From: an uncultured Thiotrichales bacterium
GTDB lineage: Bacteria > Pseudomonadota > Gammaproteobacteria > GCA-2400775
Direction of reading: 5' to 3'
DNA: 64,000 bases
NCBI GenBank assembly: GCA_964617475.1
Contig: CAZTYM010000001.1
Coordinates: forward strand, 35,339-99,338
Of this stretch, positions 1 through 7,821 are shown piece after piece. The notes beneath the pieces were generated by a model. That model ran no database searches and was not told the DNA's origin. It saw only the letters and a program-made list of their open reading frames with translations. Within the stretch, counting starts at the first letter, position 1. Each line of letters starts with the position of its first letter. The translations under genes and the position numbers were made by a program.

Positions 1-2
1 TT

Positions 3-1886
3 CCAACAAAAAACAGCCCGGAATTGATAGAGCCATGCGTACGCACCTTGTTTGAAGTAACGGAGTATGAGAATTTCGAGGTTATTATTATCGATAACGG
101 AAGTGATAACGAGGATGTTTTCTTCTACTATGATGAATGGCAAAAACGCTATGGTTCAAGGCTGAGAATTATCTCTTACGATTTGCCTTTCAATTTTTCT
201 GCCATCAATAATGTTGGTGCTAATGAAGCTAAGGGCGACTATATCGTTTTACTAAATAACGATACAGAAGTTATAGAAAAGAGTTGGATGGAACGCATGC
301 TTCAGCATGCTCAGCGAGAAGAAGTAGGCGTTGTAGGTGCACGCTTGCTTTTTCCTGGTGGCAAGATACAACACGCAGGTGTGATCGTTGGGTTGGGTGA
401 CTCTGCTTCCCATGCAGGAGGTGGAGACGATTTTCATAAACCAGGATATATGGGACGCTATCAGGTTGATCAGAACTTTAGTGCAGTGACAGCAGCTTGT
501 TTTATGACGCCTAAGGCGCTTTATCTAGAACTTGGTGGTTTGGATGAATCACTTTTCGAGGTGCTTTTCAACGATGTTGACTATTGTTTAAGAGTGGTCG
601 AAAAAGGATATAAAATTGTATGGACACCATATGCAACGCTGACACATAAGCAATCACTTTCTATTGGTGAGACTTCCGCAGACAAAAAAGTAAAAGAACG
701 CACTGCAAGGGAGTGTGAAAACTTTTGGAACCAATGGCGACATTTTATCAAGCATGATCCGGCTTATAATAAAAATCTCACCTTTCATAGCGCAGACTAC
801 GTCCCGGACGGATGTTTTTCTACATCATGGAATAATGATATTGTAAATAGGCCACGAATATTTGGATTACCTCAGGATGCGTTTGGCTGCGGTAACTATC
901 GACTCATTTCGCCATTAAAAGCGTTAGCAGATGCATCTGTTGCAGAAATTTATATTGGTCCACGTCAAGATATCTATAAGGGAAATGTTCCATCCTTACC
1001 AACGCAATCAGATATTATAAGAATGAATCCAGATGTATTTTACGTACAGTCAGTTCTCTCTGAAGAAGTGATGATGTTAAGCGAAAATATGAGAAAAAAT
1101 AAAGATCTATATTTAGTTAGTGATATGGATGATTTGAAAACCAATTTGCCTGAAAAGAATAGCAATCGTGGCTTTTTACCAAAAGATATACGTACACGTA
1201 TGCGAAGATTCTTGGCAAATTTTGATTTACTCACCGTGTCCACGGAACCTCTTGCTCAAGCATATTCACATCTAGTTAAGAATGTAACAGTCGTACCTAA
1301 CTATATCGATATAAAATTATGGGGCGAATTAATATCACAACGGCGTTTTGGTGAAAAACCTCGAGTGGGATGGGTAGGTGCCCAGCAGCATAGCGGGGAT
1401 CTGGAAATCATCATTGATGTTGTCAAACAAACATCGAATGAAATTGATTGGGTATTTATGGGGATGTGCCTAGATGAGTTGAAACCCCACGTTAAGGAAA
1501 TACATGATTTTGAAATTAACTTCAGAGATTATCCTAAAAAAATGGCAAGTTTAAATCTTGATTTGGCTGTAGCTCCTTTAGAGATTCATCCTTTCAATGA
1601 AGCAAAAAGTAATTTGCGTATATTGGAATACGGTATGCTCGGTTGGCCAGTTGTGTGTACCGATATTTACCCCTATCAAAATGCGCCAGTAAAACGGGTT
1701 AATAACACAACATCCGAGTGGCTAGCGGCAATTAGAGAGCGGGTTTATGACCTTGATTTTGCCGCTCGTGAGGGTGATCAGCTTCAATCCTGGGTTAAGG
1801 AGCACTGGATTTTGCAGAATAATCTTGAACAGTGGCAATGTAGCTTGTTGCCAAACACTAATACCCCCATCGCGATGTCGGCTTAA
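3..1886 (+). CDS. Large glycosyltransferase: N-terminal GT2 (GT-A fold) domain plus C-terminal GT4/GT1-like (GT-B fold) domain. It is 5-prime partial, because the reading frame stays open to the window edge.
   Basis: The N-terminal region has GT2 motifs (EVIIIDNGSD, YIVLLNNDTEV, RLLFPGG, HAG). The C-terminal third has a GT-B-like motif (LEYGMLGWPVVCTD). There is no stop between position 3 and the first in-frame start at 24, so the N-terminus lies upstream of the window. Confidence 0.7.
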   Translation, partial: PTKNSPELIEPCVRTLFEVTEYENFEVIIIDNGSDNEDVFFYYDEWQKRYGSRLRIISYDLPFNFSAINNVGANEAKGDYIVLLNNDTEVIEKSWMERMLQHAQREEVGVVGARLLFPGGKIQHAGVIVGLGDSASHAGGGDDFHKPGYMGRYQVDQNFSAVTAACFMTPKALYLELGGLDESLFEVLFNDVDYCLRVVEKGYKIVWTPYATLTHKQSLSIGETSADKKVKERTARECENFWNQWRHFIKHDPAYNKNLTFHSADYVPDGCFSTSWNNDIVNRPRIFGLPQDAFGCGNYRLISPLKALADASVAEIYIGPRQDIYKGNVPSLPTQSDIIRMNPDVFYVQSVLSEEVMMLSENMRKNKDLYLVSDMDDLKTNLPEKNSNRGFLPKDIRTRMRRFLANFDLLTVSTEPLAQAYSHLVKNVTVVPNYIDIKLWGELISQRRFGEKPRVGWVGAQQHSGDLEIIIDVVKQTSNEIDWVFMGMCLDELKPHVKEIHDFEINFRDYPKKMASLNLDLAVAPLEIHPFNEAKSNLRILEYGMLGWPVVCTDIYPYQNAPVKRVNNTTSEWLAAIRERVYDLDFAAREGDQLQSWVKEHWILQNNLEQWQCSLLPNTNTPIAMSA

Positions 1887-2003
1887 TTTTGAAAAAGACG
1901 CTCAAGCGATGATTAAAAACTATAGAAAAAACAATCACATAAGATAGCTTGAATGCGGCTCCAGTTATGTAGTTTTAGCTGGGTTTGCCGTTTTCAATAA
2001 CTG

Positions 2004-2036
2004 TGCCGCATTTTTGTGAAAAGCGGCAAGTTTTTG
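2004..2036 (+). terminator. Putative rho-independent terminator after the glycosyltransferase gene
   Basis: The stem tgccgc (2004-2009) pairs with gcggca (2023-2028) around a 13-nt loop and is followed by agtttttgcc. It lies between the GT stop and the flagellin promoter. Confidence 0.4.
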
Positions 2037-2038
2037 CC

Positions 2039-2066
2039 TAAAGCTTTTGCCGCTTTTTGCCGATAG
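2039..2066 (+). promoter_or_regulatory. Sigma-28 (FliA)-type promoter for flagellin 1
   Basis: TAAAG at 2039-2043 is followed by a 15-16 nt spacer and GCCGATAG at 2059-2066 (consensus TAAA-N15-GCCGATAA). It sits about 105 nt upstream of the flagellin ATG at 2173. Confidence 0.65.
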
Positions 2067-2172
2067 CCCATTCGGAAGCGGTAAATATTGTCCCATCAGT
2101 ATATCCGCTAAAGATTAATCCTAGAAAGTGGCGCTGTTCCCGTAAAACAAGCGACACTTAAGGAGAAGTATT

Positions 2173-3015
2173 ATGGGTATTACAGTCAATACAAATATTG
2201 CGTCATTGAATGCTCAGCGTAACCTGCTGAGTTCACAAAATGACCTAAACACTTCACTGCAAAGACTATCTACTGGTCTACGTATCAACAGCGCTAGAGA
2301 CGACGCGGCTGGCCTGTTCATTTCTGAACAGATCACTGCCGACGTTCGTGGTATCAACCAGGCTGTGCGAAATGCTCAAGATGGTATTTCACTTGGTCAG
2401 GTAGCTGAGGGTGCCTTAGGTGAAATTGCTAACAACTTGCAGCGTATTCGTGAAATTGCTGTGCAATCAGCTAACGTTACTGTTCAAGATCGTACTGGTC
2501 TGCAACAGGAGGTAGATCAGCTGACTCAGGAAATCTCACGTATTATTGCGACCTCAAACTTCAACGGTACTGACTTATTAAGTGGTGCATCTACGTTGAC
2601 CTTCCAGGTAGGTCAAGACGGTGCTGCTAATAACCAAGTATCAATTACCACGACAAACTTGGCTAGCAGTGGTTCAGTGGCTGCGTTTAACGCAACTTTG
2701 ACTGCTACTGGTACCGTTAACGTGTCAACTGCCGCTGCTGCTTCTGGTGCATTGGCTAGCCTTGATACGTCTATTAACAATATCTCATCAACTCGTGCAA
2801 CATTCGGTGCGATTCAAAACCGTTTTGAAGCTGTTATCTCTAACTTGAGTAACACCGCTGAGAACTTGACCGCTGCACGTAGCCGTATTCTTGATGCTGA
2901 TTTTGCGGCTGAGACAGCCAACTTAACCCGATCTCAGATTATCCAGCAGGCTGGTGTATCAGTATTGGCGCAGGCAAACACATTGCCTCAGTTAGCACTG
3001 TCATTATTAAACTAG
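2173..3015 (+). CDS. fliC: Flagellin (280 aa)
   Basis: It has the canonical flagellin N-terminus (MGITVNTNIASLNAQRNL..LQRLSTGLRINSARDDAAG) and C-terminus (GAIQNRFEAVISNL...LSLL). The central D2/D3 region is short. An AGGAGA RBS precedes the ATG. Confidence 0.95.
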   Translation: MGITVNTNIASLNAQRNLLSSQNDLNTSLQRLSTGLRINSARDDAAGLFISEQITADVRGINQAVRNAQDGISLGQVAEGALGEIANNLQRIREIAVQSANVTVQDRTGLQQEVDQLTQEISRIIATSNFNGTDLLSGASTLTFQVGQDGAANNQVSITTTNLASSGSVAAFNATLTATGTVNVSTAAAASGALASLDTSINNISSTRATFGAIQNRFEAVISNLSNTAENLTAARSRILDADFAAETANLTRSQIIQQAGVSVLAQANTLPQLALSLLN

Positions 3016-3035
3016 TTTGTACGGGTTTGAGGTAT

Positions 3036-3070
3036 CTGGTTCTGGGGTTGTCGGATTATCTTAGAACCAG
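3036..3070 (+). other. Stem-loop between flagellin 1 and flaG (possible attenuator/partial terminator)
   Basis: An 8-bp perfect inverted repeat, ctggttct (3036-3043) and agaaccag (3063-3070), encloses a 19-nt loop. A second small hairpin cctca..tgagg follows immediately. Confidence 0.35.
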
Positions 3071-3095
3071 GCCTCATCAATGTGAGGTATAGATC

Positions 3096-3476
3096 ATGGC
3101 GAGCGAAGTCACTACCGTTAATGCAGTAGTAAATCGCCAAGTCGCAACGGCGGGGTCAGTACGGCCACCGGTAGCAGCAGTGTCGTTATCGGATCGTACA
3201 GAGGCTTCGGCTCTTAGTAGCGGCAACGATCAGGTTAGAAGGAATGAACCGAATCGTGAGGCGGTAAATCAGGCGGTTCAAAATCTTAATGATCGTGTTC
3301 AGAACGTGCAACGTAATCTGGAGTTCACGATCGATGAGATTAGCGGAAATACAGTTATCAGTGTTATTGATGCTGAAACTGAAGAAGTTATTAGGCAAAT
3401 TCCGCCTGAAACTGCGTTAAACGCAGCTAAAAATCTACAGCGATTGGAAGGTTTACTGCTATCTGCGGAGGCATAA
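3096..3476 (+). CDS. flaG: Flagellar protein FlaG
   Basis: The 126-aa product carries the FlaG-family C-terminal motif (LEFTIDEISGNTVISVIDAETEEVIRQIPPETAL). It lies between the flagellin genes. Confidence 0.85.
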   Translation: MASEVTTVNAVVNRQVATAGSVRPPVAAVSLSDRTEASALSSGNDQVRRNEPNREAVNQAVQNLNDRVQNVQRNLEFTIDEISGNTVISVIDAETEEVIRQIPPETALNAAKNLQRLEGLLLSAEA

Positions 3477-3483
3477 GTTAAGG

Positions 3484-3520
3484 CTGGCAGTGAGTAAAAA
3501 GTTAGTGCCAGTTTATTTGG
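3484..3520 (+). terminator. Putative rho-independent terminator after flaG
   Basis: The stem ctggca (3484-3489) pairs with tgccag (3506-3511) and is followed by tttatttgg. Confidence 0.45.
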
Positions 3521-3658
3521 CCTAACTCATTAATATTTATATAAAAATAGTGTTTACAGGAGAAAAAGACATTGACATACATTAATAGCGTTTAAACCAT
3601 GCCACTATTGCCGGATTTAGAATTCGGCAAGAATTTGTAAAATAGGCAATAGTTGGCC

Positions 3659-3686
3659 TAAAGTTTGTATTGTCTCTTTCCGATAC
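3659..3686 (+). promoter_or_regulatory. Sigma-28 (FliA)-type promoter for flagellin 2
   Basis: TAAAGTTT (3659-3666) is a perfect extended -35. An 11-12 nt spacer separates it from TCCGATAC (3679-3686; 6/8 match to GCCGATAA). The ATG at 3790 is about 100 nt downstream. Confidence 0.6.
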
Positions 3687-3789
3687 CAGAGATGGAAACG
3701 GTAAATGCTGCTGCGCGCAGCATATCCGTTACGGCTCAAATCGGACGGTTTGCTATTGTTTTTTCATAGCAAACTTTTGGAGAAATACT

Positions 3790-4635
3790 ATGGCTTTAAC
3801 AGTAAATACAAATATTGCGTCGTTGAATGCGCAAAGGAATTTATTGGGTTCACAAAATGAGCTTAATACCGCATTGCAACGACTATCTACAGGCTTACGC
3901 CTCAACAGTGCGCGTGACGACGCGGCCGGTTTGTTTGTTGCAGAACAAATTACCGCTGATATTCGCGGTCTTAACCAAGCAACACGAAACGCTCAAGACG
4001 GCATTTCACTTGGTCAGGTAGCTGAAGGTGCGCTAGGCGAAATCGCTAATAATATTCAGCGTATCCGTGAGATTGCAGTGCAATCGGCAAACGTCACAGT
4101 TCAGGATCGAAGTGGTTTGCAACAAGAAGTAGACCAGTTAACACAAGAGATTTCTCGAATTATCGCGACATCTCAGTTTAACGGTACAAACTTGTTGAGT
4201 GGTGCTTCAACCACGTTGACATTCCAGATCGGTCAGGATGGTACAGCAAGTAACCAGGTATCGATTTCGACTACTGATCTGGCTAGCAGCGCAACGATTT
4301 CTGCGTTTAACTCAGATCTTAGTGCGACGGGTACAGTAGACGTTTCGACACAAGCGGCATCATCAGGCGCGTTAGCAGCTCTTGATAGTTCAATTAATAC
4401 GATTTCTTCAACTCGTGCTACCTTCGGTGCAATTCAAAACCGGTTTGAAGCGGTTATCTCGAATCTGACCAATACATCTGAAAATTTGAGTGCGGCAAGA
4501 TCACGTATCGTAGATGCGGACTTTGCTGCGGAATCAGCGGCGTTAACGCGCGCACAGATTATCCAGCAGGCTGGTGTATCGGTGCTAGCTCAGGCTAATA
4601 CGATTCCTCAGCTAGCGTTGTCACTACTGCAGTAA
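3790..4635 (+). CDS. fliC: Flagellin (282 aa; second paralog)
   Basis: It begins MALTVNTNIASLNAQRNLL and ends LALSLLQ, and is about 80% identical to flagellin 1 by eye. The six-frame ORF starts at 3670, but the upstream 40 codons overlap the sigma-28 promoter and lack flagellin homology. The ATG at 3790 has a GGAG RBS. Confidence 0.93.
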   Translation: MALTVNTNIASLNAQRNLLGSQNELNTALQRLSTGLRLNSARDDAAGLFVAEQITADIRGLNQATRNAQDGISLGQVAEGALGEIANNIQRIREIAVQSANVTVQDRSGLQQEVDQLTQEISRIIATSQFNGTNLLSGASTTLTFQIGQDGTASNQVSISTTDLASSATISAFNSDLSATGTVDVSTQAASSGALAALDSSINTISSTRATFGAIQNRFEAVISNLTNTSENLSAARSRIVDADFAAESAALTRAQIIQQAGVSVLAQANTIPQLALSLLQ

Positions 4636-4727
4636 TACGACTAGTTGAAATAGCATAAAAATTTAAAAATAAAGATCTCATTGTCCGATAAGAGATCGAC
4701 AAAATATCTATCTAGATATTGCGATTT

Positions 4728-4760
4728 GTGCCGATAACTTATGTAGGGTTATCGGCACGA
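4728..4760. other. Perfect 11-bp inverted repeat GTGCCGATAAC-N10-GTTATCGGCAC in the flaB-fliD spacer
   Basis: The arms tgtGCCGATAACttatgtagggGTTATCGGCACga are seen directly. The arm sequence equals the sigma-28 -10 consensus GCCGATAA. No T-run follows the repeat. Confidence 0.5.
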
Positions 4761-4818
4761 ATTTAGCGAGCGTACGCGCTAGTAAAAAATTCTCCGTTGA
4801 CGATTTTTATATCAAAGT

Positions 4819-4834
4819 TGGATCGTTTTTTGCC
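4819..4834 (+). promoter_or_regulatory. Sigma-54-type promoter candidate for fliD-fliS
   Basis: TGG (4819-4821), ten intervening nucleotides and TTGC (4830-4833) give the GG-N10-GC architecture. It lies about 50 nt upstream of fliD. Confidence 0.45.
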
Positions 4835-4883
4835 TTTTTAAATTGGCGAATTGCAATTTTAAAAAGCGCTAGAGGGTCGCAAT

Positions 4884-6209
4884 ATGGGTACAATTACTGC
4901 GCCAGGTATTGGTTCGGGTTTAGACATTTCAGGTATAGTTGGTGCTCTGCTTGCTGTAGAGCGACAACCGCTTGAGAGAATTGAAGAAAACCGAGCCGCA
5001 GCGCAAACCGAGCTGTCTGCATTCGGGCAATTAAACAGTGCATTTTCTACTTTTCAGACAGCACTGAATGACTTAGATTCATTTTCTAATTTTCGAATTT
5101 TTTCCAACACAACTTCAGATGAGCAAGTTGCAACTGCGACTTCTACCAGTGATGCAGCTGAGGGGCAAACTGATATTGTTGTGACGCGTTTGGCGGAACG
5201 CAATGTGCTAAATACTGCCGCATTTACCGATGCCGAAACGGTAATTGGCGAAGGCACCTTAACGATATCGGTCGGTAGTGAGTCATTTGATGTTGTCATC
5301 GACAGTACCAATAGCACGTTGTCGGGCATTCGTGATGCAATTAATAATTCGACCGATAATACAGGTATTACCGCCACGGTAATTAATGCTGATGATGGTA
5401 GTCGATTAATTTTTAGTTCTGATGAAACCGGCCTTGAAAATGCGCTTACCTTAACCGGCAGTGGTGGGCTAACTTCTTTAAGTAGCGCCAACTTAACAAC
5501 GCAACAGGCAGCACTCGATGCTCAATTGACCGTTTCTGGCTTTACTGTAACAAGCAGTTCCAACACAGTTACGAACGTATTGCAAGGTGTGACATTTGAG
5601 CTGTTATCAACAGGAAATACCACTATAACTGTTGATCGTGATAACGCGGCGATTCAAGAGTCAGTGCAATCTTTTGTTGACGCATTTAATAATGTAAACA
5701 CAACAATTACTAACTTACAAGCCGGGGACCTTCAGGGTGAGTCTTTATTGCTCACTATATCCAGTGATTTACGTAATATATTTAATACTGCTACTACGGG
5801 GTTAAGTGACACCTTTTCGACGTTAACAGAAATTGGTGTTGAATTTAATGAAGAAGGAGTTTTAACGCTTGATAGCACCTCGTTGACCAATGCCCTGAAT
5901 GTTGATTTTCAAGGTGTCGCTAATCTGTTTGCTGATCCAACCAGCGGTGTTATCACCCAGCTACAATCGGTGGTGGATGGACTTACTCAGACGGGTGGCT
6001 TGATAGACGCTCGTGAAGAGGGGATTAATACCCGAATTGATAACTTCGATACCCGAATCGATGCATTTGAACTACGTTTGATTAACATAGAAGAGCGCCT
6101 GGTTAATCAATTTGCTGCGTTAGATCAATTGCTGGGATCGTTAAATAACACGAGTAATTTTCTAGCTTCACAATTATCGACTTTACCTACTATAGGTCAA
6201 GGTAACTAA
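4884..6209 (+). CDS. fliD: Flagellar filament cap protein FliD (hook-associated protein 2)
   Basis: It has the FliD N-terminus (ITAPGIGSGLDISGIVGALLAVERQPLERIE...) and a C-terminal coiled region. It is 441 aa. Confidence 0.9.
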   Translation: MGTITAPGIGSGLDISGIVGALLAVERQPLERIEENRAAAQTELSAFGQLNSAFSTFQTALNDLDSFSNFRIFSNTTSDEQVATATSTSDAAEGQTDIVVTRLAERNVLNTAAFTDAETVIGEGTLTISVGSESFDVVIDSTNSTLSGIRDAINNSTDNTGITATVINADDGSRLIFSSDETGLENALTLTGSGGLTSLSSANLTTQQAALDAQLTVSGFTVTSSSNTVTNVLQGVTFELLSTGNTTITVDRDNAAIQESVQSFVDAFNNVNTTITNLQAGDLQGESLLLTISSDLRNIFNTATTGLSDTFSTLTEIGVEFNEEGVLTLDSTSLTNALNVDFQGVANLFADPTSGVITQLQSVVDGLTQTGGLIDAREEGINTRIDNFDTRIDAFELRLINIEERLVNQFAALDQLLGSLNNTSNFLASQLSTLPTIGQGN

Positions 6210-6272
6210 CTTGGAAAAGATGGGCCATAATTTGCATATTAAACAGCACATCAGTATGGCAAGGAGTAAACA

Positions 6273-6710
6273 ATGTCGTTGAATGTTCAAGGGGCCTTGC
6301 AAAATTACAGCAAGGTAGCAAATGAAAGCGGAATAATGAACGCGTCACCCTATCGCATTATTCAAATGCTCATGGCAGGGGCATTAGATCGTATTTCCGC
6401 TGCGAAAGGATTAATCACTCGTGGAGATGTTGTCGGTAAAGGTAAACAAATTTCCGATGTGGTTTCAATTATCAATGGTTTACGTCGCAGTTTAGATCAT
6501 AAAGCGGGGGGTGAGATCGCTTCAAATCTTGATGCGCTTTACGATTATATGTCGCGTCGTTTAATGCAAGCGAGTGTTGAGAACGACGTTGAAATTCTCG
6601 ACGAAGTCGCGCGACTGCTCAATACTATCAAAAATGGTTGGGACAACATTCCAGATCCAGCAAACCAAGCATCAGGTGTGGCGGCGCAGTCTGTGGGGGT
6701 TTCTGCGTAA
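6273..6710 (+). CDS. fliS: Flagellar export chaperone FliS
   Basis: The FliS family signature (YRIIQMLMAGALDRISAAKGLI) is present. It is 145 aa. Confidence 0.88.
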   Translation: MSLNVQGALQNYSKVANESGIMNASPYRIIQMLMAGALDRISAAKGLITRGDVVGKGKQISDVVSIINGLRRSLDHKAGGEIASNLDALYDYMSRRLMQASVENDVEILDEVARLLNTIKNGWDNIPDPANQASGVAAQSVGVSA

Positions 6711-6748
6711 GTTATAAAGTTATTTATACGGGGAGTGATTAAAGAAAA

Positions 6749-7060
6749 ATGTCAGCGAATTATAGGTTATGGTCGCAAGTTATAAAACTAACAAAAGGGA
6801 TGTTAGATCATGCGCAAAAAAACCAATGGGAGCAGGTTAAAGAATTAGAAACACTTCGCCAAACAGCCTTAAAGCAGTGTTTCGATACACCGGTACCGTT
6901 GTCTGATGTGGAAACAGTGCGTACTAATATCAAGCAGCTTATGACCGCAGATCAAGAAATTGTCAAACTAGGGGATAGCAAACGCGCGCAACTTGCTGCT
7001 GAGATACAAGGCCAGAAGCGTTCCCGTGTTGCCTGTCAATCCTATCGGCAATGCGGCTAA
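6749..7060 (+). CDS. fliT: FliT-like small helical flagellar protein (103 aa)
   Basis: It occupies the position between fliS and the master regulator. It is helical and coiled-coil-like (WEQVKELETLRQTAL), as in FliT/FleP proteins. The assignment rests on weak sequence signal plus synteny. Confidence 0.45.
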   Translation: MSANYRLWSQVIKLTKGMLDHAQKNQWEQVKELETLRQTALKQCFDTPVPLSDVETVRTNIKQLMTADQEIVKLGDSKRAQLAAEIQGQKRSRVACQSYRQCG

Positions 7061-7092
7061 CACCCTAACCATAGCTTCGTATTTATAGCATT

Positions 7093-7674
7093 ATGGCGGC
7101 TGCAGCGAACGGTGGAGACCATCTAGGCCAGCGTTTGGTTTATCAGGCTACGGTTCCTGTTGAATATCAAGTGATTGAGACTGTACCTGATGGCCATGAA
7201 TATCAATCAATTCAAATTGATAACGAGGAAGTGCTTCATGCCATCATGTTAATTGATGATGCGCCAAAGGAACGTACAGAAGATAGTTCAGCTGAAAGCC
7301 AGGAGGTATTGAGGCTAGAGCATAAAATTAACCTCATGTTTGAGCTACTTACCAGTCTCTATCAACAAAACACCCAGTTGCCAAATAAGCTCGATTTAGA
7401 GCTGCGATCAGATGCCGTTGAGTGGCAAAGCCGGCAAGCTATTGCCGCTGATGGCGCAATTATCCAGTTAAAGCTTCATTTAAGTCCCAAGTTTCCTAAA
7501 CCGATTACGCTTTTTGGTACTGCAAAGTTTGTTGCAGCAGAGGAAGTAGGAACGGTCAGTATCATTTTCGATGACCTTGTTAGTGAACACTGTCGTGATT
7601 GGATAGACAAATATATATTTCGACATCATCGTCGTGCGGTCGCGTTAGCAAAACGCGAGTGTAGTACGCAATAA
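7093..7674 (+). CDS. Hypothetical flagellar-locus protein (193 aa)
   Basis: It lies between the FliT-like gene and flrA. No canonical motifs were recognised. A PilZ-like beta-barrel is only a speculative possibility. Confidence 0.5.
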   Translation: MAAAANGGDHLGQRLVYQATVPVEYQVIETVPDGHEYQSIQIDNEEVLHAIMLIDDAPKERTEDSSAESQEVLRLEHKINLMFELLTSLYQQNTQLPNKLDLELRSDAVEWQSRQAIAADGAIIQLKLHLSPKFPKPITLFGTAKFVAAEEVGTVSIIFDDLVSEHCRDWIDKYIFRHHRRAVALAKRECSTQ

Positions 7675-7727
7675 CACGCGCAAATCTCTCTACGAATTTT
7701 CTTGACAATGCTGGACATGTCATTTTT

Positions 7728-7756
7728 TTGACAATCTTGCTTTTCAGTGGTTAACT
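7728..7756 (+). promoter_or_regulatory. Sigma-70-like promoter candidate for flrA, with a duplicated TTGACAAT element
   Basis: TTGACA (7728-7733) is followed by a 17-nt spacer and TTAACT (7751-7756). The TTGACAAT octamer is also present at 7702-7709. Confidence 0.4.
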
Positions 7757-7821
7757 ACGCGGTATGCCCAAAAGGGTAACGTTTAATCGTTAACAAGAAT
7801 ACGCAGACCGGGGGGTATGCA

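Noticed and set aside
1747-1947. 66-aa ORF overlapping the 3-prime end of the glycosyltransferase gene in another frame
   Set aside because: It lies out of frame inside a well-supported gene and has no motifs. It is most likely spurious.
3186-3398. Antisense 70-aa ORF inside flaG
   Set aside because: It lies opposite a confidently assigned gene, and its low-complexity product is typical of an antisense artefact.
3670-3789. N-terminal 40-codon extension of the second flagellin ORF in the six-frame track
   Set aside because: The extension overlaps the sigma-28 promoter and has no flagellin homology. The ATG at 3790 has a GGAG RBS and yields the canonical MALTVNTNIASLNAQ N-terminus.
5054-5491. 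Antisense 145-aa ORF inside fliD
   Set aside because: It is an antisense ORF within a conserved flagellar gene, with no independent support.
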